Below, one piece after another: positions 1 to 7,379 of a stretch of 54,474 nucleotides of DNA; position 1 is the stretch's first letter, and every line of letters begins with the position of its first letter. This DNA is from Thermoproteota archaeon (GTDB lineage Archaea > Korarchaeota > Korarchaeia > Korarchaeales > JAOZGB01). Position numbers and translations under genes: made by a program. The stretch is taken from contig JAOZGB010000008.1 in the NCBI GenBank assembly GCA_027491935.1, positions 1 through 54,474 of the forward strand, written 5' to 3'. The notes under the pieces are model-generated. The model was not told where the DNA came from. It saw only the letters and a list, made by a program, of their open reading frames with translations, and did no database searches.

Positions 1-987
1 AAGGCTTTAGGTTCGTTGTCCTCTGTTATCATCAGGTATGTTAACTGTCACAATGTCAACTCAGCCTACAGGGTTATGATTAACCTGGTTAAGGCTGTAA
101 ACCCGGCTTATCCTAACGCTGGCCCTCCTTACGACCAGATATGTAGCGATTTTGCTGGGTATATGGCGGAGCATGGCTACATATTTGTTGTCATACTTGA
201 CGAGGTTGATCTTCTCATTAGGAGGGATGGTGATAGGCTTCTGTATACATTGAAGAGGCTTCAAGATCTTGGGGAGGGCTCTATTAGCCTGGTAACGGTT
301 TCAAACGATATGGGGTTTATGGGGAAGCTTAGCTCCAGGGTTAAAAGTAGCTATAGCCCGGAGATGGTTAGGTTTGACCCGTATAAGGCCTCAGAGCTTG
401 AGTTGATACTTAAACAGAGGGCTGAGAAGGGGCTTAGGAAGGGCTCATGGGACGAGGCTGCGATAAGCTATATCTCTGCAATTGTTGCAAAGAACCATAA
501 TGGTGATGCTAGGAAAGCTATAGATCTGTTGTATCTTGCGGCAAAGACTGCTGAGAGGAATGGAAGTGCAAAGCTTAGTGTCCCACATGTAAAGGAGGCT
601 TTGAGTAAGATGAAGCATGATACGGTTGAGATTAAGATTAGGACTTTGCCTCCCCAGAAAGTCCTAGTTCTTGAGGCCATTGCTAAGCTTAGGCATGAAG
701 GGGAGAAAGCGTATACAGGGACGATATATGATGTTTACTATAATATTGCGAAACTTCTTGGCTTTACACCGCTGAGCATGAGGAGTGTAGCTGAGATAAT
801 TAAGAATCTGGATGAGCTTGGAATTCTAACGTCTGATGTGATGTTTAGGGGGCGATACGGAAATACTAGAGCTGTCATTTCCCTGGCGTTAAGCTCTAAA
901 GAGATCTTAGCTATCATCGAGGATATGGGCTTTTTAGTGCCAAAGGACATCCTTGAGCGATATATTAAGCGAAATTCTTCTCTATGA
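1..987 (+). CDS. cdc6: Orc1/Cdc6 replication initiator, 5'-truncated by the window edge
   Basis: The frame is open from base 1, and the TTG at 16 is probably internal. It has an AAA+ Walker B-like 'VILDEVDLL', a lid-domain-like 'GDARKAIDLL', and a C-terminal winged helix ('LSMRSVAEIIKNLDELGIL'). Confidence 0.85.
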   Translation, partial: KALGSLSSVIIRYVNCHNVNSAYRVMINLVKAVNPAYPNAGPPYDQICSDFAGYMAEHGYIFVVILDEVDLLIRRDGDRLLYTLKRLQDLGEGSISLVTVSNDMGFMGKLSSRVKSSYSPEMVRFDPYKASELELILKQRAEKGLRKGSWDEAAISYISAIVAKNHNGDARKAIDLLYLAAKTAERNGSAKLSVPHVKEALSKMKHDTVEIKIRTLPPQKVLVLEAIAKLRHEGEKAYTGTIYDVYYNIAKLLGFTPLSMRSVAEIIKNLDELGILTSDVMFRGRYGNTRAVISLALSSKEILAIIEDMGFLVPKDILERYIKRNSSL

Positions 988-2425
988 CATTTAAACTTCC
1001 AAGCTGGATGATTGGCACTATTCCGGGAGTTACGGTGATCCCCTGCTGCTCTATGTAGGGTGTTTCTCCCTGAAACGTCCCGGAGTTTACGAGTGTTACT
1101 CCCCTGTACCTTCCCAAGGCGTTAACATGTATGTGTCCGCAGTGTATTACGTCTGGAACCCTGTCGATTACTAGCCAGTCCTCGCTAAACGGGGTTATTG
1201 GGGTTTCACCGTAGACTGGGGCGAGATGCCTTTTTCTCAGCATTAGTTCAAGCATCCTTAAGGATGATTTCCTTGTCAGCGGTATCGCCTGGGGAGTGTA
1301 TCTTTGCCAGCTGTTAAGGCTCCTCCCGTGATATATGAGAAATTCAACGCTTTCTATAGAGATGTAAGCCGGGTTTCCAAGAGATAAAAGGTCGACAGCT
1401 GACGATATCTGGCTTAAATAGTCTTCTGGTATGGGGGGTTGCGGGTCTGAATCTCTTACTGGGTCGTGATTTCCAGGTATAAGTATGACTTTAATATAAT
1501 CAGGAAGGTATGAGAGAAGACTAGCGGCATATTTAAACTGCTTCTGCACATCCTTTATTTTTAGCTCCCTCTCCTGGCTTGGATATACCCCTATTCCATC
1601 CACTATGTCTCCTGCTATGATCAGATACTTTATTCTTCCAGACAGGGGGTCTCCCCGCTTGATCCATTCCAGAAATTTTCTGAAGATTTTTTCTAGGAAG
1701 TACTTGCTTCCAATGTGAAGGTCTGATATTAGTGCGGCTGATAGTGGTGTATCCCTATTTTCTACCTTTTTTGGCTTTGTGTCCGGCTCCAGGATTCTTT
1801 GGGCGATTACTGTTTTCTTTGAAAGTTTTCTGCCAATCACTCCTACAACTTCATCTTTAAGAAAGATTCTGTGAGAAAAGTCCTTATATCTTACTATAAC
1901 TATTATCTCCCCGGTTTCATCCTCTAACGTAATTATCGTATTCTTGCTTTTTGATGTTCTTATATCGCTTATAATTCCCACTATTGATACGTCACTTCCG
2001 TCTCTCAAGTTTAAAGCATCTCTGATTTCCATGAACTTTATCTTGTATCTATCCACTATTATTCCTCTAATTTTTCTGTATCTGTCTCGGAAGTACTTGA
2101 CGAAATCGTCCACCTCCCCCTTAATGTGGAGGTCATCCCCGGGTGCCTTTACTACTTTAATATTTGAATCATACTCGGCGGCTGGTGGCCTTCTGATTCT
2201 TGTGGCGGGTTCAAGATCTATATACCGATTTAGATGCGCCCTTGTTATCACAATTTTCTTATTCGGCTCTTCTGCAAACTTCTTTACTATCTCACGTATC
2301 TTTTCATCATTCACCTTCTCCAAGAGGCTTAGCGCCTCAGGGGAAAGGTTGAACCCTTCTTTCAGAAAGCATCTTAGAATATCTATCCTCCTGTCGTTGA
2401 TCCTATGACCGTCATCCTGTGACAT
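965..2425 (-). CDS. DNA polymerase D (PolD) small subunit DP1, with Mre11-like phosphoesterase and OB fold
   Basis: 486 aa. Calcineurin/Mre11-type phosphoesterase motifs are present: 'DLHIGS', 'AGDIVDG', 'GNHD', 'GHIH'. An OB-like segment lies upstream ('VSIVGIISDIR...TLEDETGEI'). Confidence 0.88.
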   Translation of the reverse strand: MSQDDGHRINDRRIDILRCFLKEGFNLSPEALSLLEKVNDEKIREIVKKFAEEPNKKIVITRAHLNRYIDLEPATRIRRPPAAEYDSNIKVVKAPGDDLHIKGEVDDFVKYFRDRYRKIRGIIVDRYKIKFMEIRDALNLRDGSDVSIVGIISDIRTSKSKNTIITLEDETGEIIVIVRYKDFSHRIFLKDEVVGVIGRKLSKKTVIAQRILEPDTKPKKVENRDTPLSAALISDLHIGSKYFLEKIFRKFLEWIKRGDPLSGRIKYLIIAGDIVDGIGVYPSQERELKIKDVQKQFKYAASLLSYLPDYIKVILIPGNHDPVRDSDPQPPIPEDYLSQISSAVDLLSLGNPAYISIESVEFLIYHGRSLNSWQRYTPQAIPLTRKSSLRMLELMLRKRHLAPVYGETPITPFSEDWLVIDRVPDVIHCGHIHVNALGRYRGVTLVNSGTFQGETPYIEQQGITVTPGIVPIIQLGSLNVIEKNFA

Positions 2426-2528
2426 AATGCTTAACCTTTTTATTGAATTTATTACCTTTCAAGTTTACTCTAGCATTGGTGATGATTTAGTGTCAGGCTG
2501 GCTTGAAGCTACTTATAAGACAACTATC

Positions 2529-2996
2529 ATGTCACCCGAACTGTTCAGACGGCTTGAGGAACTAGGGGTAATCAGGCATGTTGCATTTGGTTTTTTAGTT
2601 GAAGATAGACTGGTAGATCTTTTAGGTGGTGAGGGTTTGAGTGTGGACTTTATGGATAAGTTAAATGAAATTTCCCGGAAAATCGAGGCTCTTTCGGAGA
2701 AAATATCATCTGTGGAAGAAAGAATAGAACAGCTGGAAGACAGGGTTACATCAATAGAATCCACATATGCTGCTAAGCCTTCTGAAGCAGTCGGGGTTCA
2801 TCTGAAAGAACGGGACAAAAAGATACTTGAGGTATTTAAAGAGGGTGAAGAACTCAGGTTTAAAGATATAGCTGAGAAGACGGGGATAAGCCCGAAACAT
2901 CTTGGAAACTACCTTTCAGAACTCGTAAAAAGAGGCCTCCTAGTAAAGGTTAGGAAGGGTACATACAAACTTTCACAGGAACATGCGGAAGGTTAG
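2529..2996 (+). CDS. Hypothetical coiled-coil protein with a C-terminal winged-helix DNA-binding domain
   Basis: The track ORF starts at 2427, but its first ~34 codons cover the AT-rich divergent promoter region, so the ATG at 2529 ('MSPELFRRLEELG') is the more likely start. A central heptad-rich segment is followed by a C-terminal wHTH ('FKDIAEKTGISPKHLGNYLSELVKRGLLVKVRKGTYKL'). Confidence 0.5.
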   Translation: MSPELFRRLEELGVIRHVAFGFLVEDRLVDLLGGEGLSVDFMDKLNEISRKIEALSEKISSVEERIEQLEDRVTSIESTYAAKPSEAVGVHLKERDKKILEVFKEGEELRFKDIAEKTGISPKHLGNYLSELVKRGLLVKVRKGTYKLSQEHAEG

Positions 2997-3040
2997 TAAA
3001 GATTAACTCTTATTTTAAATACTTGGGTGATGCGACAAAC

Positions 3041-3048
3041 ATATATAG
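3041..3048 (+). promoter_or_regulatory. TATA-box-like element upstream of tRNA-Ser(CGA)
   Basis: 'ATATATAG' is centred about 27 nt upstream of tRNA position 1 (3071), the usual archaeal TATA spacing. Confidence 0.45.
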
Positions 3049-3070
3049 CAAAAACGGCATAACTAGATTA

Positions 3071-3169
3071 GCCGGGGTACCCTAGCCAGAGGCGGCGGCT
3101 AAGTAAGGGGCTGGACTCGAGATCCAGTGCCTCATACGGGGCTCGTGGGTTCGAATCCCACCCCCGGCG
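3071..3169 (+). tRNA. tRNA-Ser (anticodon CGA), with about 11-12 extra nucleotides in the D-arm (possible non-canonical intron)
   Basis: Acceptor GCCGGGG/CCCCGGC with discriminator G. Anticodon arm CTGGA-CTCGAGA-TCCAG. Long variable arm. T-arm GTGGG-TTCGAAT-CCCAC. The D region (TACCCTAGCCAGAGGCGGCGGCTAAGTAAGGGG) is longer than in the paralogue at 27903. Confidence 0.75.
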
Positions 3170-3176
3170 TTTTACG

Positions 3177-4040
3177 GTGATAAAACTGGACCTAGTCCAT
3201 GAGATATCTGATATTCAGAAAAAGTACACGGTTGTCGGAAGAGATTCAGAGCTTAAGAAGGCCTTGGTAGCGTTAAGATGTAGAAAGCACGTTCTATTAG
3301 AGGGCCCAGTTGGTGTTGGGAAGACTTTCTTAGCGTCGGTGATAGCTAAACACCTTGGTCTCAAACTTTTCAGAATCGACGGAGATGAAAGACTAACTGA
3401 GCGGAAAATTGTAGGTTACTGGGATCCACCGCTTGTATTATCCAAGGGATACTGTCCTGAAGCCTTTGTTGAAGGACCGCTTGTTAGAGCTATGAAGACT
3501 GGGGGCCTACTCTTTATAAATGAACTCAACAGGTTGCCTGAGTCAACCCAGAACGTTTTGTTACCTGTAATGGACGAGGGAATATTGTACATACCTAAGC
3601 TGGGAGAGATTAGATCGGCGCCAAAGTTTAGAATCATCGCTACTCAAAACCCTGAAGAGCATACGGGGGTTACAAGGCTTTCAGAAGCGCTACGAGACAG
3701 GTTTCTTCTAATAAAGTTAAACTATCAGCCGTATGAAGAGGAGGTTAAGATAGTTAAGCTTAGATCCGGCATCAATGAGGATAGCATAGCTGAAACATCT
3801 GTTAGAATTGTAAGAGCGACCAGGTCTAGCCCGAAGATTTTAAGGGGGGCCTCGGTCAGGTCTGCCATAGACCTGGCGGTGATAGCTAGCCAGCTTAGAC
3901 CCCTAAACATAGAAAGATGGGTTGAAGCATCCATAATGAGTTTATCCTCGAGAGTTGAGGTCACTGACGAATATCATGGTAAAGAGGACGAAGTTATCGC
4001 AGAGATCGTTAAGTTTACATTACAGGGTTTCCAAAGCTAG
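3177..4040 (+). CDS. MoxR/CbbQ-NorQ-type AAA+ ATPase
   Basis: Walker A 'GPVGVGKT', Walker B 'LLFINELNR', 'IIATQNP', and sensor-like 'SEALRDRF'. The GTG start lies 7 nt after the tRNA. Confidence 0.8.
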   Translation: MIKLDLVHEISDIQKKYTVVGRDSELKKALVALRCRKHVLLEGPVGVGKTFLASVIAKHLGLKLFRIDGDERLTERKIVGYWDPPLVLSKGYCPEAFVEGPLVRAMKTGGLLFINELNRLPESTQNVLLPVMDEGILYIPKLGEIRSAPKFRIIATQNPEEHTGVTRLSEALRDRFLLIKLNYQPYEEEVKIVKLRSGINEDSIAETSVRIVRATRSSPKILRGASVRSAIDLAVIASQLRPLNIERWVEASIMSLSSRVEVTDEYHGKEDEVIAEIVKFTLQGFQS

Positions 4041-4057
4041 AGGAGCCTAAAGCTCTG

Positions 4058-5020
4058 ATGACGACGGCTAATTTAGGAAATGGATACCCTGCTATTGGGG
4101 TAGATAGCATTTTAAACGCCTCTAGAAACATGGATGTTAAGGACATGTTGAAACTTTCAAGCAAAAACAGGGTGATCTTTAAAAAGATACTAGAGGATCC
4201 TGAGGTCCTTGAACGGTTAAAGCTTGAAGCTGAAAAGAAGCCCCTTGACCTAGTATCATTATACTGTAATATTAGATTTTTCCTACCCAAAGGCTTACGA
4301 GAGAGCCTAAGAAAAATAGTGGCCAGATCTATAGTGAAGCTTGGCTCAAGGACCTTCTCAAGGATAGATCATGGTGCCAGAAGGCTTCCGTCAGACCAGC
4401 CACCAGGAGAATTAGACATTGAAGAAACCATAGAAAATCTCCTTGAGAAAGGAGGCAGATTCGATAGTTTAAGCCCTGACGACTTTAGGTATATAAAGCC
4501 CTATTCTAGAAGAATAGGGGTAGTTGCTATTCTCGACCTTAGTGGTTCTATGACAGGGCTTAAAATATCAGTTGCATCTGTGATATGTGCGGTGATAGCT
4601 TTCAAAGCCCGTTTCGGCCAATATGGAATAGTAGGATTTGATACTGAGGCGTACATTCTTAAACCATCTTGGAAGAACATTCCTCCGGAGTTAGCTGTTG
4701 AAAAAATTCTTGATAGTACTACCGGAGGATATACTAACATCACCTCCGCCTTAAAACTTGCAAGAAAGGAGCTTCGATACATCAAAGCCCCCAAGAAGTT
4801 TGCAGTTCTAATAACAGATGGGGCTTATAATGTTGGTGGAGACCCACGCTTTGAAGCTTCCAGGTTTAGGAGGCTTCATGTAGTCGGTATAGGGTCTAAA
4901 AATGGGTATGGCGGTCTTGTATGTAGGGATATAGCTCAAATGGGAGGAGGAAAATACATCCCTGCCTCTGCTGAGTTTTGGTCTGTATTGAGAGCTGTTT
5001 CCTATGTGCTTTCAGGGTGA
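4058..5020 (+). CDS. von Willebrand factor A (VWA) domain protein, partner of the MoxR ATPase
   Basis: MIDAS-type motif 'ILDLSGSM', a later 'GGYTNI' and 'VLITDG'. It starts 18 nt downstream of the MoxR gene. Confidence 0.75.
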   Translation: MTTANLGNGYPAIGVDSILNASRNMDVKDMLKLSSKNRVIFKKILEDPEVLERLKLEAEKKPLDLVSLYCNIRFFLPKGLRESLRKIVARSIVKLGSRTFSRIDHGARRLPSDQPPGELDIEETIENLLEKGGRFDSLSPDDFRYIKPYSRRIGVVAILDLSGSMTGLKISVASVICAVIAFKARFGQYGIVGFDTEAYILKPSWKNIPPELAVEKILDSTTGGYTNITSALKLARKELRYIKAPKKFAVLITDGAYNVGGDPRFEASRFRRLHVVGIGSKNGYGGLVCRDIAQMGGGKYIPASAEFWSVLRAVSYVLSG

Positions 5021-5391
5021 TCTACCTTCAAGTTAAACTTTTCCGCAGCTTTTTCAGTTACAGAATAGAAGGGTCTCCTACCTGGAAGTTTAACCCGTGC
5101 GAGCAAGCCCGTGTCAATTAGAGAGTTCAAGGAAACTCCAAGCCTTCTCACTCCTAAACTTTGCTTAATATCTTTCCACATTTTAATAAGCTGTGATCTT
5201 TGAACCATACCCCCCGCATCTATTATTGATTGTAACAAGCTTTTTGTGAACTGCTCCTCCAGCCCTTTGCCTACCCCCCTTTCTTTGAGTTTCTCGGCAA
5301 GCTCAGAAATAGTTATTCTACCGATTCCGGGTATTATAACTCTGGTGTCCTCTGGTGCTACCTTCATGGGTCTTTTCTTTCTTTTAGACAT
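5002..5391 (-). CDS. Hypothetical basic protein, possible winged-helix DNA binder
   Basis: 129 aa with a Lys/Arg-rich N-terminus ('MSKRKKRPMK'). The C-terminal part looks wHTH-like ('GVSLNSLIDTGLLARVKLPGRRPFYSVTEKA'). No family was recognised. Confidence 0.45.
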   Translation of the reverse strand: MSKRKKRPMKVAPEDTRVIIPGIGRITISELAEKLKERGVGKGLEEQFTKSLLQSIIDAGGMVQRSQLIKMWKDIKQSLGVRRLGVSLNSLIDTGLLARVKLPGRRPFYSVTEKAAEKFNLKVDHPEST

Positions 5392-5729
5392 TTTCCATCA
5401 CCTTCAATCATCTTTATTTTCTCTTATTCAATAAATACCCATTAAGTTGTATATTAAATTATCTAACTGAATACTGAATTTAATATATATCTTTGTTTAC
5501 ATGTAATAACACAATTTCTATAAAATCCCTAAAAAATTATCCATTTTGCTAATTTTTCCTTCTCGATCTAAATTTTAGTAAAACTAATGAAAATCTTTTA
5601 AAAATAATTAATAACTTCGATAGACTTTGTCTTGTAAAACTTTTCTGTAATATACAGTATCATCATATAACCTTAAGTAAACTTTATCTCAAATTTTGAA
5701 AACTGATTAACACCCATGTAAATCGAAAC

Positions 5730-5738
5730 TTTAAAATA
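5730..5738 (+). promoter_or_regulatory. TATA-box-like element upstream of tRNA-Leu
   Basis: 'TTTAAAATA' is centred about 29 nt upstream of 5763 and is preceded by purine-rich 'CGAAAC' (BRE-like). Confidence 0.5.
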
Positions 5739-5762
5739 CAACTCCTGGGTTCGTCTTAAAGT

Positions 5763-5847
5763 GCGGGGGTAGCCAAGCCTGGTCAAAGGCGCGAGGCTTA
5801 GGACCTCGTCCCTAAGGGGTTCGTGGGTTCGAATCCCACCCCCCGCA
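5763..5847 (+). tRNA. tRNA-Leu (anticodon UAG)
   Basis: Acceptor GCGGGGG/CCCCCGC with discriminator A. Anticodon arm CGAGG-CTTAGGA-CCTCG. Long variable arm TCCCTAAGGGGTTC. T-arm GTGGG-TTCGAAT-CCCAC. Confidence 0.92.
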
Positions 5848-5950
5848 TATCCATCATTAGCCCTTGACATGGCCTACAAACACAAACATATAATAAATTG
5901 CTTGGGTATATGCTGATTCGTCGAGTCAATATTATTTATTTTGAGAGCTA

Positions 5951-6688
5951 TTGATGAATATGAAGTCTAGCATGAGAGAAAAAATCGGATTATCAAGCTA
6001 CCTTGAAGAAATGATAAGATCATACTGGGATAATCCAGATCTGGTTAAAGAGGTATTTGTCAGGAACGGTATTCTCTGCTCAGACATGTTAATAGATGTA
6101 GATTCAGAGAAGATAGCTAGAGAGCTAGGAGTATCCAAGGAGAAGTTTGAGGAATTTAGAAGGTTAGCATCTCCCCTCTATATTAATGAATTGAAAAGAA
6201 ACCTTGCTGAGCTAAGAAAAGAGTACGAAGTTCAAATTACATGGTTAAAAAACCAGCTTACCAAGGCGGTTAAGCGCCAAAGGAGTCAAAGGAAGAGTCT
6301 ACCTGAACAGATTGTAGAGGCGACTAATAAGCTTAGAAACCTCATTGAGTCGGTAAGAATAGGTCTTCAAACAGGAGAATCTGGGGAAGTGGAAACCCTA
6401 GCCGAAGAATGGCATTCACTATTGCTTCAGATAAAAGAGGGAACTGTTAAGCTAGCTGACTTGTTGGAAAGATACATCAAAAAGCGGGGAATTAATACTG
6501 CGACAAAGGAGAAACTAATAAGTGAAGTTGATAATCTAAGACTATACAGCCGGATCTTCTCATCTGTTGTCGACAAAGAAAGTGCGGTAGAATTTTTAGT
6601 AAACGAGGCCCAAGACCCGTCGTCTTCTATCTTAGACCTCTATACCTTATCGCTTGATAAGATTAGACTGCTTGTAAAAACTGTATAA
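5951..6688 (+). CDS. Hypothetical coiled-coil protein
   Basis: A 245-aa ORF with K/E/L-rich, coding-like composition. No recognisable motifs. Confidence 0.45.
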   Translation: MMNMKSSMREKIGLSSYLEEMIRSYWDNPDLVKEVFVRNGILCSDMLIDVDSEKIARELGVSKEKFEEFRRLASPLYINELKRNLAELRKEYEVQITWLKNQLTKAVKRQRSQRKSLPEQIVEATNKLRNLIESVRIGLQTGESGEVETLAEEWHSLLLQIKEGTVKLADLLERYIKKRGINTATKEKLISEVDNLRLYSRIFSSVVDKESAVEFLVNEAQDPSSSILDLYTLSLDKIRLLVKTV

Positions 6689-6964
6689 CTAATCTTTAAC
6701 CTGTTCTAAGACACCTATACACATTAAAATCTGAGACCTTGTCGAGAAAGGCATGTTTATATCATTTATTATTTCATTGAGATAAGATATCGCTATACTT
6801 GCCCTTACACCAGGTGTTCTCTTCTCCTCATTTAAGGCGGTTAATGCATCGGTTGCGGCCCTTCTAATGTTTCTAGGAACCGATGTGTCTCTAATTATCT
6901 TCATTAATATTTGCCTAGCCCTGTCTATTTCTTCCTTAAATTTCCCCTCTGTTTCCATAGGCAT
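6689..6964 (-). CDS. UPF0147-family small protein
   Basis: 91 aa. 'DTSVPRNIRRAATDAL...' and 'NMPFSTRSQI' match my recollection of the conserved archaeal UPF0147 family. Confidence 0.6.
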   Translation of the reverse strand: MPMETEGKFKEEIDRARQILMKIIRDTSVPRNIRRAATDALTALNEEKRTPGVRASIAISYLNEIINDINMPFSTRSQILMCIGVLEQVKD

Positions 6965-7004
6965 CTATTTTAAGAAGTTCAGGAGCCTATTTAAATTTTG
7001 AACT

Positions 7005-7379
7005 ATGTCAAGTGAGACCAGAGATAAGATACGACTAATGGCTGAAGCAATTAAACAAGGAGCAAAAATGCTATCAGATCTTTGCCCATACTGTAGCGTT
7101 CCCCTATTTAGAATAGACGATGAAGTTAGATGTGTAGTATGTAATAGAAGAATCATCCTTGTTAAAGGCGATGAGGAGGAGAGAAGGGCGAAGGCTGCCG
7201 TTGCTCTAATAGAACTTAGAGACATATTGGAGGGGAAGATTAAACAATTAAACATGGAACTTCCAGGTTTAAGCCTGGAAGAGCTCAGATACCATCTTGA
7301 AATCCTCGAACTACTCTTAAGAGTACTGTCAGAAACTAACAAACTTATCGAGAAGCTTTTACCCGGTGGAGGCTTATGA
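7005..7379 (+). CDS. UPF0148 / autoantigen-p27-like zinc-ribbon protein
   Basis: 'GAKMLSDLCPYCSVPLFRIDDEVRCVVCN' is a CxxC...CxxC ribbon, followed by a coiled-coil tail. The opposite-strand ORF 6965..7393 is an antisense artefact. Confidence 0.6.
   Translation: MSSETRDKIRLMAEAIKQGAKMLSDLCPYCSVPLFRIDDEVRCVVCNRRIILVKGDEEERRAKAAVALIELRDILEGKIKQLNMELPGLSLEELRYHLEILELLLRVLSETNKLIEKLLPGGGL

Noticed and set aside
5392-5762. C/D-box sRNA in the AT-rich spacer (minus-strand 'ATGATGA' near 5660-5668; plus-strand 'CTGA' pairs near 5467-5477)
   Set aside because: No correctly spaced C/D'/C'/D box set or terminal stem could be assembled. The isolated box-like words are expected by chance in AT-rich DNA.
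5673-5870. 65-aa minus-strand ORF
   Set aside because: It lies antisense across the whole tRNA-Leu gene. The 'GGIRTHEP' translation is the usual antisense reading of a tRNA T-arm.
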